Of a stretch of DNA of 60,963 bases, positions 49,278 to 58,213 are shown piece by piece. A program made the translations under genes and the position numbers. The stretch comes from an uncultured Desulfatiglans sp. GTDB lineage: Bacteria > Desulfobacterota > DSM-4660 > Desulfatiglandales > HGW-15. The stretch lies in assembly GCA_964643755.1 (NCBI GenBank), contig CAZXUA010000005.1:1-60963 (forward strand), in the 5' to 3' direction. The notes below the pieces were generated by a model that searched no databases, was not told where the DNA came from, and was given only the letters and a program-made list of their open reading frames with translations. Numbering within the stretch: the first letter of the stretch is position 1; each line of letters begins with the position of its first letter.

Positions 49278-51290
49278 TTAAGCGGGAGGCCTGAAGCTTA
49301 CCTTCACGGTGGTGATATTATCCATAGACACCCCCGGTTCAGGTTCCTGTTCATAGGCCCTTCCGCTTCCTTCAAAGGTAATATTTATCCCCAGATCGCT
49401 GATATTTTTTAACACCTCCCGCATGGTAAGCCCCCTGAAATCGGGCAGCAGATCTATATTTCTGTTTATAACTGTATCGGCCTCTTTAATCTCTGTAAGA
49501 GGGAGCTTCTTTTTTTCCTGCGGGTATTTTTTTACCTCAGAAACAGTCTCGTTCTCTGCCAGTATCAGTTGCGGCTGCACCCTAAGATTAGCCAGCGCCC
49601 ACTGTCCAACATCTTTAAAAACAGGCGCTGCCACCACTCCGCCATAATGGCCCCCTCTTGGCTCATCAATCATGGCAAGGATAACAAGCCTTGGCCTGTT
49701 AGCCGGCACAAAACCGGTAAACATGGCAACATAATTACTTTTTGAATATCTTCCTGTTTCAGGGTCAACCTTCTGGGCAGTACTGGTTTTTCCTGCAACC
49801 CGATATCCATCAATTGCTGCATGCCTTGCTGTCCCTCTCTCTGTTGCCACATCCTCAAGCACCCTTGATACTGTCTTTGCAGTATCAGGGGAGAGGACTC
49901 TTCTCACAAACTGGGGTTGAAACTCTTTAATAATCTTTCCTGATTCATCCGTAACAGCCTTGACCAGATATGGTTTCATCAACCTTCCGCCATTTGCTAT
50001 GGCAGCCATTGCTGTAGCAAGCTGCATGGATGATGCGGTCATCCCATGTCCAAAATAGGCGTTGGCCCGTTCAACCGGCCCAAGCCCTTCCGGGTTTTTT
50101 ATAAGACCGTCACGTTCCCCTATCAGGTCAACCCCCGTCTTCTGGCCAAATCCGAATTTGCACATATACTCATAAAAATTTTCATACCCCAGTTCATTGC
50201 CGATCTTGTAAGCCCCGATATTGCTTGATACAACAACAATATCAGCAGCAGTCATGATTCCGTGTTTCTTTGTGTCATTTATTACCCTGTTAGCAATCCT
50301 GTACTGGCCATTTTCACAGTTGAACTTGGTGTTGGGTGTTACAACATGCGCATCAATGGCAGCTGCAAGCAAAAAGGCCTTTATTATTGAGCCTGGCTCA
50401 AAGCTGTCAGCGATCACACGGTTACGCCAGGCATCGGGTTTATAATCCCTGAATATATTGGGATTAAATGCCGGGGCAATTGTTTCGGTAGCGGGATTAA
50501 AACCCTGGGCTGTAGCCATAGCCAGTATCTCCCCTGTTTCTGGATTCATTACCAGACATTGTCCGCTTTTTGCCTTTGCCTTTATAACCGCCTTTTCAAG
50601 CGCCTGTTCGGCCTTGTATTGAATATCCTTGTCAATAGTCAGTATAAGGTTGTGGGTATCCCTTTTTTCCTCAGCCGGCTTACTGATATAAAAAGGGCGC
50701 CCAACAGCATCCTTCATCTGCACCAGTACCTGGGCATCTCCCCTTAACAGGTCATCATATTTTTTCTCAAGCCCCTCCAATCCCTGATTCTCATCACCGA
50801 CAATACCGAGCAGTTGCCCTGCTATCTCTTTACCGGGGAAGAACCTTTTCGTCTCCTTTGTAAACCCGATCCCCTGAAGCCTCAACTGGCTTATATTTTC
50901 AATTTTATCAGAGGGTATCTTTCTTTTTATGTAAACAAAACTTTTATCCTTCTTAAGTAAACGTAAAATATCTCCTTCCCGCATATTTAGATGAAGGGCA
51001 AGCTGCCTAGCTGTGCCGGCCTTGTCTTCTATTCGCCTTGGTTCAGCATATACCGATCCAACCTCAAGGCTTACCGCCAGTTCATGACCTTCACGATCCA
51101 GGATCGATCCCCGCTTTGGCGGGAGGGGCACTATCTTGCGATATCCGTCCCTTGCCATCTTTTGCAGTCTGTCTTTATCAATAATCTGAAGCTGCACAGC
51201 CCTGGACAATACTGTCGACAGGGCAAACAGAAAGAAGACAGCTACAATATAAATACGGAATCTGATCCACTTTTTTTCATTTACCTTCAT
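49278..51290 (-). CDS. ftsI: Class B penicillin-binding protein FtsI/PBP3 with a C-terminal PASTA-like domain
   Basis: Transpeptidase motifs (SxxK region SIIKAF, SSN, KTST-type). The C-terminal ~60 aa (LPDFRGLTMREVL...VKVSF) resemble PASTA. Confidence 0.88.
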   Translation of the reverse strand: MKVNEKKWIRFRIYIVAVFFLFALSTVLSRAVQLQIIDKDRLQKMARDGYRKIVPLPPKRGSILDREGHELAVSLEVGSVYAEPRRIEDKAGTARQLALHLNMREGDILRLLKKDKSFVYIKRKIPSDKIENISQLRLQGIGFTKETKRFFPGKEIAGQLLGIVGDENQGLEGLEKKYDDLLRGDAQVLVQMKDAVGRPFYISKPAEEKRDTHNLILTIDKDIQYKAEQALEKAVIKAKAKSGQCLVMNPETGEILAMATAQGFNPATETIAPAFNPNIFRDYKPDAWRNRVIADSFEPGSIIKAFLLAAAIDAHVVTPNTKFNCENGQYRIANRVINDTKKHGIMTAADIVVVSSNIGAYKIGNELGYENFYEYMCKFGFGQKTGVDLIGERDGLIKNPEGLGPVERANAYFGHGMTASSMQLATAMAAIANGGRLMKPYLVKAVTDESGKIIKEFQPQFVRRVLSPDTAKTVSRVLEDVATERGTARHAAIDGYRVAGKTSTAQKVDPETGRYSKSNYVAMFTGFVPANRPRLVILAMIDEPRGGHYGGVVAAPVFKDVGQWALANLRVQPQLILAENETVSEVKKYPQEKKKLPLTEIKEADTVINRNIDLLPDFRGLTMREVLKNISDLGINITFEGSGRAYEQEPEPGVSMDNITTVKVSFRPPA

Positions 51291-51652
51291 GGCAAAAAAA
51301 CAATCTGTTCGGGAGCGGCATCTTTCAGCCCTAAAGAACGCGCGGCCGCTTCCAGGTTCTGTGGTGATTTTAAAGTGGCCAATTCAACCTTTAATTTTTT
51401 ATTCAACTCCAGAAGCGCTCTTTCATCCTTCTGCAGACGACTCAGATCAAAACCGATTTGTGTGCCTTCATAATTTGACCAGACATAGCCAATACCGCTG
51501 CTCATGAAGAGGACAAGCAGAAAGGCTATCAATATGATTTGCCGGCTGGTTAGATAGAACCTGTTTTTTTTGACCCTGGAGTTGTTTATCTTGATCCCTG
51601 TACGGGAATTTCTCTTGTAGTTTGCCTCGGATGTTTTTAAGGGGCGTACCAT
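51287..51652 (-). CDS. ftsL: Cell division protein FtsL
   Basis: 121 aa; single TM helix followed by a coiled coil; position between rsmH and ftsI. Confidence 0.75.
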   Translation of the reverse strand: MVRPLKTSEANYKRNSRTGIKINNSRVKKNRFYLTSRQIILIAFLLVLFMSSGIGYVWSNYEGTQIGFDLSRLQKDERALLELNKKLKVELATLKSPQNLEAAARSLGLKDAAPEQIVFLP

Positions 51653-51654
51653 TT

Positions 51655-52605
51655 TCAGATCCTTTCAGCGCCTCTAAGCCTGGCGCTCCTGGCCCGGGGA
51701 TTTGCCGCTATTTCGTCCTCTTCTGGCAGGAACCCCTTTTTGTTGAGTCTAATCAACCTCTGTTTTTTGTTACAGACACAAACCGGAAGATCGGGTGGGC
51801 ATATACATGAGCTTTCCCAATCTGCCATTGCCCTCTTAACAAGCCTATCTTCAAGTGAGTGATAGGTCAGGAAAAGGATCCTTCCTCCTTTGTTTAAAAG
51901 ATCAGGCGCCTTCTCCAGAACAGCACTCAGGTTTTCCATCTCGTTATTCGTCAGTATCCTTAAGGCCTGAAATGCCCTGGTTGCCGGGTCCTTTTTCCTG
52001 TTCCTCTGCATCGCAGGAAAATGGGAGCGGACAATCTCGGCAAAACGGCCTGATGTTACAATCGGGGCCTTGCTGCGCTCCCTTACAATGCTTCTTGCTA
52101 TTGCACGGGAGAACTGCTCTTCCCCGTATCTTTTTAAAACCGATTCTATCTCCTGGGCGGAAAGCTCATTTATAAGCTCCATCGCATTCTTTCCGCTTTC
52201 AGTATCCATCCTCATATCCAGGGGTTCATCCCGGTTAAAGCTGAAACCCCTGCCTGACTGATCAAGCTGATATGATGACATGCCTAAGTCTAACAGTATC
52301 CCGTCAACACCTTTAATGCCCGCTTGCTCAAGGGCCATATCCATATCAGCAAAATTAAACTTTAAAATGCTGTATCTATCTTTAAAACCGCCGGAATCCA
52401 GCCTTTTCCGGGTTATCTCTATGGCATCAGGGTCCCTGTCAAGGCAGATAAGCCTGCCGTTATTATCAAGCCCTTTTAATATCGCCTCGCTGTGTCCGCC
52501 TGTGCCTGTTGTGCCGTCAACATAAACACCATCTTTTCTGGTTATTAGAAGTTTTACAACCTCTGTAACCATTACCGGCCTGTGAGGATATTCCATAGCT
52601 ATCAA
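51655..52605 (-). CDS. rsmH: 16S rRNA (cytosine1402-N4)-methyltransferase
   Basis: HRPVMV, DGTTGTGGHS and DLGMSSYQLD motifs; the start may be ATG 52596 rather than TTG 52605. Confidence 0.93.
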   Translation of the reverse strand: MIAMEYPHRPVMVTEVVKLLITRKDGVYVDGTTGTGGHSEAILKGLDNNGRLICLDRDPDAIEITRKRLDSGGFKDRYSILKFNFADMDMALEQAGIKGVDGILLDLGMSSYQLDQSGRGFSFNRDEPLDMRMDTESGKNAMELINELSAQEIESVLKRYGEEQFSRAIARSIVRERSKAPIVTSGRFAEIVRSHFPAMQRNRKKDPATRAFQALRILTNNEMENLSAVLEKAPDLLNKGGRILFLTYHSLEDRLVKRAMADWESSCICPPDLPVCVCNKKQRLIRLNKKGFLPEEDEIAANPRARSARLRGAERI

Positions 52606-53039
52606 ATGCCAAGGTCAGCAAAGACCTGGCCTGATGCCTGGAAGTCATCCCTGGCGTTATTAAACTCCTCATCCCAGCGGCCCTTATCCCATATCTCAAA
52701 ATATTTCAGCGCCCCTACAAGCACAACCTCTTTCTGTAAACCGGCAATCTCCCTGAGGTCGGGGGGCAATGTAATTCTACCCTGCTTAATCGGGCATTCC
52801 TGGGCACCGCTTATAAAATACCTGCGCAGTGAATTGGCCTTGCTGTCCATCAGAGGCAGGCTTGCAATCTTATCCTCAATGATACGCCAGTTTTCCTTGG
52901 TAAATGCCCTGAGACAATTAATATAGTTGGTCACAACCAGACAGACATCCTCCTTGGGATTTAATACATCCTTAAACCTTGTCGGTATGGCTAACCTCCC
53001 CTTTTCATCAAGGGTATGTCTTGATCGTCCTCTAAACAT
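52602..53039 (-). CDS. mraZ: Transcriptional regulator MraZ
   Basis: MFRGRSRHTLDEKGRLAIPTRFKD and a second SpoVT-AbrB-like repeat (KQGRITLPPDLRE). Confidence 0.93.
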   Translation of the reverse strand: MFRGRSRHTLDEKGRLAIPTRFKDVLNPKEDVCLVVTNYINCLRAFTKENWRIIEDKIASLPLMDSKANSLRRYFISGAQECPIKQGRITLPPDLREIAGLQKEVVLVGALKYFEIWDKGRWDEEFNNARDDFQASGQVFADLGI

Positions 53040-53055
53040 GGCGTATTTGGGCTTT

Positions 53056-53111
53056 CACTCCACTTTATGACACTTTGTGACACATTTTAGCTATATAGTA
53101 CCCTTTGTCAA
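53056..53111 (-). promoter_or_regulatory. mraZ/dcw promoter (TTGACA-N16-TAAAAT) with three 10-bp-phased AA(A/T)GTG boxes (putative MraZ operator)
   Basis: Minus-strand reading: TTGACAaagggtactatatagcTAAAATGTGtcacAAAGTGtcatAAAGTGgagtgaaag, ending about 15 nt before the mraZ ATG. Confidence 0.65.
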
Positions 53112-53300
53112 GCAAAAATATATATTTTTCTACTAAATGCAGTATGTTGTGAGACCCTTAATACAAAAATCACAACCTGTAGAAACGATATTTTGCTAAT
53201 AAATGTTGATCCTGATCAAAATCAGGCAAAAATAAAAAAGATAAGCAGATAAAAAGATCTTTTTTGATGAGGGAATCCTGTTCTACAAAGTGACACGGGC

Positions 53301-53327
53301 AAAAAAAGTGGCGCCTGTAAAGGCGCC
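53301..53327 (-). terminator. Orphan intrinsic-terminator-like hairpin (7-bp GC stem, GTAA-type loop, T7 tail on the minus strand)
   Basis: Minus strand reads ggcgcctttacaggcgccacTTTTTTTg; no annotated minus-strand gene lies upstream of it. Confidence 0.5.
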
Positions 53328-53620
53328 CAAAAACATTTAAAGTCTATTCTAATTGCATATTACAGGTATTATTAACTTAAATTAATAAAAATTAATCTTA
53401 TTTGCTTTTCTCTATTCTCACACCACCATTAACAGTATTTTATGAAACAGGCGCCCCGCCTTCACCCAGTTTTGTTCTTATGTCTTTCGTGATACACCAT
53501 TTGATGGTTATAGCCGCTATTCATTGGCATCATTATTATATAGTCACCTTGTGGAATATAAATTTTTAAGGAAAAAGCTTTCAGGCTCTGTTATAGTATT
53601 TGCCAATCTAAACCCAAAAC

Positions 53621-54601
53621 ATGGAGGAAATGATGTCCGGTAAAATTTCTATTTCAGGCTTATTTGGAGAAGATAAAAATAAAATCGTATATGTAATAGC
53701 GTTGATTATCCTTCTCCTCCTGATTTTTATTTTTTTTGTAATGTTTAAAAACTCTTTAAAGCCTGATCCGGTGGATCTTACAGATATACCCGGCGGCAAA
53801 AAGGGGGCGTACTTTGTAAAGGCAAACCAGGCCATTGTTGATGAGATGAAGGATAGATGGCTGCCAAATGATATTTTCTGGCCCACCATATTTCTTGATA
53901 ACATGCCTAATTTCCAGCTTGGTCAGCTTGAGGTGGTAAGATATAACACAAGGGTATTGAGAGACAACCTCACCCGCATGCGGACAACAGACAAGCTTGA
54001 CCCATACGCTGAGAAGGCATTCACCTCATTTTCAAACGACCCGTATAAATGGATGTTTCCATCTTCAGAGAGCAAGTGGAAAGAGGGTTATAAAAGCCTT
54101 GAGATGTATTATGAAAATCTTATATCAGGCCAATCAACATTTTATCCAAGGGCCGATAACCTTGTTCAACTTCTGGACCAGTATCTTTCACTTATGGGAG
54201 GGGTAAACACCAAACTGGTCAGCGCGGCCAGGCCATCCCGTTCCGTTAGGCCGGCATCAAAGGCTGATAATAATGTCATGAGTGAAGATGCAACAAACAT
54301 TGTGGTTCCATGGCATGAGATTGATGATAATTTTTATTATGCCCAGGGGGTTGCATATTCACTGTGTCTCTCATTCAAGGCAATCAAAAAGGATTTCTAT
54401 TCTGTGCTTCAGGATAAAAACTGCCTTGTAATGGTGGACAGGATCATTGAAGACCTTGAAAGATGTAGTTTTGAACCCCTGATCGTCTTTAATGGCGACC
54501 CTGACAGCATCTTCGCCAACCATTCACTTAATCTGTCAGGTATTTTTAATGATGCAAGACAGAAGATAAGTTCACTGACTGTTGCACTGGTGCAGGGCTA
54601 G
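53621..54601 (+). CDS. DUF2333-like membrane-anchored protein
   Basis: 326 aa; N-terminal TM helix. The soluble domain resembles the DUF2333/COG5345 family from memory. Confidence 0.5.
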   Translation: MEEMMSGKISISGLFGEDKNKIVYVIALIILLLLIFIFFVMFKNSLKPDPVDLTDIPGGKKGAYFVKANQAIVDEMKDRWLPNDIFWPTIFLDNMPNFQLGQLEVVRYNTRVLRDNLTRMRTTDKLDPYAEKAFTSFSNDPYKWMFPSSESKWKEGYKSLEMYYENLISGQSTFYPRADNLVQLLDQYLSLMGGVNTKLVSAARPSRSVRPASKADNNVMSEDATNIVVPWHEIDDNFYYAQGVAYSLCLSFKAIKKDFYSVLQDKNCLVMVDRIIEDLERCSFEPLIVFNGDPDSIFANHSLNLSGIFNDARQKISSLTVALVQG

Positions 54602-54610
54602 TTTTTATAT

Positions 54611-54684
54611 TGCAGGTGCACGCCGCAGCGTGCCCGAATGGCGGCACAGTTTTCTATTGGGCACGGCGCGCCGTGCCCCTGCGG
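54611..54684. repeat. GC-rich compound palindrome (two hairpins) between convergent 3' ends
   Basis: gcacgc-cgca-gcgtgc (54618-54633) and gggcacggc-gc-gccgtgccc (54659-54678); fills the gap between the DUF2333 and GH3 stops. Confidence 0.8.
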
Positions 54685-54685
54685 A

Positions 54686-57028
54686 TTAATCATTTTTCCT
54701 GCAATATTGTTCTGTCCTATTATCCCTGATAACACCCTGCCAGTTCATGCCAAACCCGAAATCATATTTATTGCCTTCTGAATCAACATGCACCTCCATA
54801 TCAAACGGCACATCTTCCATCTGTTTTTCCACTGTATCCATATTTGCGGGCATCTGAAAAGGCAGAAGCCCTGACGGTTCCCTGTTACCGGAGATGATAT
54901 CAAGTAAAGCCTGATCCTGCACATCAAAGTTAACAATGAGTGCATCAACATCCTTTTCAAATTCCCTCACAACAGTAGGGTTAGACATCCTGATAATAAC
55001 AATAACAGGTTTATCCTTCATAGCTGCCCGTGAATCCAGTACCAGCTTAAGGTCACTGCTGTTGTTTACAATTACTGACTTTCCCTTGTATGACCTGTTA
55101 ACTACATCTGTTTCTCGTTTATCGCCCGCGATACTTGTTTCCCGTGCCTCTAATGCCGTATATTCCCCGTATTGCAGGCTTATTGGCACAAAACCATTCC
55201 CACCCTTTTCTTTATCCTCTTTGCTGTATCCCTGGGTAGGGCCATTGTCAGGGCTGTTGATCATAACAACAGCTGCATCTGCCTCATCAGGGTTTTCTGT
55301 TACATTGAAATATTTTTTTGCAGTCGCAATATTGATAGGATAATCCCACTTCGCGGGTGTCTTCTGTCCCCAGAAGTTTGTCGATTCCGGGAAATACCTC
55401 TTGGGGATATATATGATGTTTTCCTTTTTTAATGGGAGGAGATTATTTTTATTTTTCACCAGTACAACCGATTTAATCTGCGCATCATATCCTGCCTTCA
55501 TGAACGCTGGCTTACCAACTGTGGCCTTTGTCTTTTCTATATCTATGTAAGGGTTTTCAAAGAGCCCCACCCTGAAGATATTTCTTAGGAGCCGTATGGC
55601 AGATTTTTCAAAGCGTTCACGCATAGCCTTTTCACCGAATTCCTTTACCCCCTTTTCATAAGCCTCTATAACCGGGCCTGCCTCATTGTTGCCTCCAAAC
55701 TGATCACCCCCTGCAATAAGTACTTTGTAATGCCGTTCAGCAACAGTGAGATCTTCAACGCCCCAGGGTGTCTGGCCGAATACTGCCATGCCAGCATCAT
55801 CACGGGTTACACCCCAGTCTGTGCATACCACGCCGTCAAAGCCATATCTGTTTCGCAGCAGGTCAGTGATAAAATATCTGCTAAAGGCATTGCCAACATT
55901 TTCTCCTTCAGGGTTCTGATTAAAGGATATGGTGTAATAGGGCATGATGGCAGATGCGCTTTTTGTTCCTCCTGCAAGATTAAACGCCCCCTTGATGAAT
56001 ACATCTATGTGTATCTGAATATTTTTGCCAGGATACACAGCAAATTTGCCAAACCCGAAATGGGCATCGCGACCCCCTTCGCCTGAGCCACCGCCAGGCC
56101 AGTGCTTTGCCATGGCGTTTACACTCTCATAGCCCCAGCCGTCTCTTATAACACTCTCCCCTGATGAGGTCTGAAACCCGTCTATATATGCCCTTGCCAT
56201 ATCTGTAGATAGTTTAGGGTCAGGCCCAAATGTACCCTTAAAACGATACCACCTTGGATCTGTTGCAATGTCTATCTGGGGAGAAAGGGCTGTAGCAATC
56301 CCAAGCGCACGGTACTCAATAGATGCTATCTCCCCGAACCTTTTTACAAGCTCAGGGTCAAAGGTGGCAGCAAGGCCTATGGCACCCGGCCACCTTGATA
56401 TCTCACCGCCTGCACCAAGTGTATACTCCGCATCAGAGGCAGCCTCATGCCTTGGGTCACTGCTTGTATTCACTGGTATTCCAAGACCAAGGCCCTCGCT
56501 CAATGCCTGGATATTGTTATTCCACCTTGCTGCAACCTCAGGGCTCTCCACACTGGTAATCAATACATGGCGAAGATTATCGTTAGTGATAAAATCCTTC
56601 TGCCCGTCTGAAAGGTCATATGGCCTTGCACCGCTCTCCCTGTATGACTTTCCATTATAGGTGTCATTCTGGTAAATTCCTCCGCCGGGTATCGCCTGAT
56701 GTCCGCTGTAGAGCATGAGACCAGCTATCTGATAAACAGACATTTTTGAGGCCAGGTCTTTTGCCCTTTCGTCAGCGGTTAAACGCCAGTCTTCATAAGG
56801 ATCAAGCACACCGTTTTTGTTAAGGTCTTTGAAGGCAAACCTGTCAACAGTCAATATCTTTACACCGGAGGATGAAGAATATCCGAGGGTTTGACCACCT
56901 CGGTTTACAACAATTTTTATATTGTACTTTTCAGTCTCGGTCCATTTAGGGCCGCATGCGGTGAGGGATATTAAAATAAATAATAAAAGTGATATGCAAT
57001 TGGCTGGCGTTGATACAATTCTTTTCAT
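54686..57028 (-). CDS. Glycoside hydrolase family 3 lipoprotein (beta-glucosidase/BglX-like)
   Basis: Lipobox LTAC after the signal peptide; GH3 motifs KHWPGGG and VCTDWG. ATG 57028 (AGGAGG 9 nt upstream) is preferred over the track start 57097. Confidence 0.8.
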   Translation of the reverse strand: MKRIVSTPANCISLLLFILISLTACGPKWTETEKYNIKIVVNRGGQTLGYSSSSGVKILTVDRFAFKDLNKNGVLDPYEDWRLTADERAKDLASKMSVYQIAGLMLYSGHQAIPGGGIYQNDTYNGKSYRESGARPYDLSDGQKDFITNDNLRHVLITSVESPEVAARWNNNIQALSEGLGLGIPVNTSSDPRHEAASDAEYTLGAGGEISRWPGAIGLAATFDPELVKRFGEIASIEYRALGIATALSPQIDIATDPRWYRFKGTFGPDPKLSTDMARAYIDGFQTSSGESVIRDGWGYESVNAMAKHWPGGGSGEGGRDAHFGFGKFAVYPGKNIQIHIDVFIKGAFNLAGGTKSASAIMPYYTISFNQNPEGENVGNAFSRYFITDLLRNRYGFDGVVCTDWGVTRDDAGMAVFGQTPWGVEDLTVAERHYKVLIAGGDQFGGNNEAGPVIEAYEKGVKEFGEKAMRERFEKSAIRLLRNIFRVGLFENPYIDIEKTKATVGKPAFMKAGYDAQIKSVVLVKNKNNLLPLKKENIIYIPKRYFPESTNFWGQKTPAKWDYPINIATAKKYFNVTENPDEADAAVVMINSPDNGPTQGYSKEDKEKGGNGFVPISLQYGEYTALEARETSIAGDKRETDVVNRSYKGKSVIVNNSSDLKLVLDSRAAMKDKPVIVIIRMSNPTVVREFEKDVDALIVNFDVQDQALLDIISGNREPSGLLPFQMPANMDTVEKQMEDVPFDMEVHVDSEGNKYDFGFGMNWQGVIRDNRTEQYCRKND

Positions 57029-57168
57029 GAGAAATTTCCTCCTGAATTTTGCAATGACCTTATTTAAATAATGGGTTATTGTCAATTTAGGATTCAAAAT
57101 ATAACCTGCTGTGCTAATATTCGCTGATTATTTACATTTATAACCATTAGCGGGGAACTGTATTATTA

Positions 57169-58212
57169 ATGAAACCTGTTTCAATTATAAACGGCTGGGA
57201 CATTGGCGGGGTAAATATTAAGGCTGTTCGGACAGAGTGCCTGGGAGACAGAGCCAGGGTAATAAATTCTGTTAGTGTACCCTTTGAGATATGGCACAAC
57301 CCTGATGAGCTGGCAGGAGAACTTATAAAGGCATGGAATTATTTTAATATGGGAGCAGAAGTACTCCATGCAGTTACCATAACAGCCGAGCTTTCGGACG
57401 CATTTCGTACAAAAAGAGAAGGTATCCATTTTATACTTGATGCATTTAAAAAGTCATTTCAAGACTCTCAGATTTTTATATTCAACCTGGATGGAGGTTT
57501 TTACAATCTAAAGGAGGCAGAAAAAGATCCGCTTATGTGTGCGGCATCCAACTGGCTTGCGAGCGCAAGCCATATAGCAAATCTTCATAAAAACTGCATA
57601 CTCATTGATGCAGGAAGCACAACAACCGATATTATCCCTATAAGGGATGGGCAGGTTATATGTAAGGGAATGACAGACATGGGCCGCCTCATCAATAGCG
57701 AGCTTGTATACTCCGGAGTCCTGAGAACAAACCCCAACACGATTGTGAGATCTGTCCCGATAAAAGGAAGAGAGTGCCCTGTTGCTGCCGAATATTTTAC
57801 TATAATGGCTGATGTTTATCTTATACTTGGTGATATCAATGCTGATGCATATACCTGCCCCACGCCCGATAAAAGGGAGACGACAATTGATGATGCAAGG
57901 GAAAGGCTTGCAAGGCTTGTATGCGCAGATACTGAGATGCTTTCAAAAATGGAGATAGATGATATAGCCCGATACCTTGCTAAAAAACAGACAGAGCAGA
58001 TTACGAAGGCAATATCAAATGTGCTTGCCATGTCAGGACTCCCGGTAGGAACATCTGCCGTTGTTACCGGAACAGGTGCCTTTCTTGCGGAAAGGGCTGC
58101 TAGATATGCCGGTATCAAGAATATCATTCATTGGAAATCAGAGGGAGACATGAACTGTTTACCAGCCTTTGCCGTGACCTATTTGCTAAACCTTTTTATC
58201 AGGAACAAATAG
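57169..58212 (+). CDS. Hydantoinase-A-like 'H4MPT-linked C1 transfer pathway protein' (MfnF-like)
   Basis: N-terminus GWDIGGVNIKAV and IDAGSTTTDIIPI (ASKHA-fold phosphate motifs), matching the TIGR03123/MJ0840-type family as I recall it. Confidence 0.65.
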   Translation: MKPVSIINGWDIGGVNIKAVRTECLGDRARVINSVSVPFEIWHNPDELAGELIKAWNYFNMGAEVLHAVTITAELSDAFRTKREGIHFILDAFKKSFQDSQIFIFNLDGGFYNLKEAEKDPLMCAASNWLASASHIANLHKNCILIDAGSTTTDIIPIRDGQVICKGMTDMGRLINSELVYSGVLRTNPNTIVRSVPIKGRECPVAAEYFTIMADVYLILGDINADAYTCPTPDKRETTIDDARERLARLVCADTEMLSKMEIDDIARYLAKKQTEQITKAISNVLAMSGLPVGTSAVVTGTGAFLAERAARYAGIKNIIHWKSEGDMNCLPAFAVTYLLNLFIRNK

Positions 58213-58213
58213 T

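Noticed and set aside
53608-53904. 98-aa minus-strand ORF overlapping the 5' end of the DUF2333-like gene
   Set aside because: It is antisense to a better-supported gene, has no RBS, and encodes a hydrophobic low-complexity product. If a minus-strand transcript exists here it is more likely non-coding.
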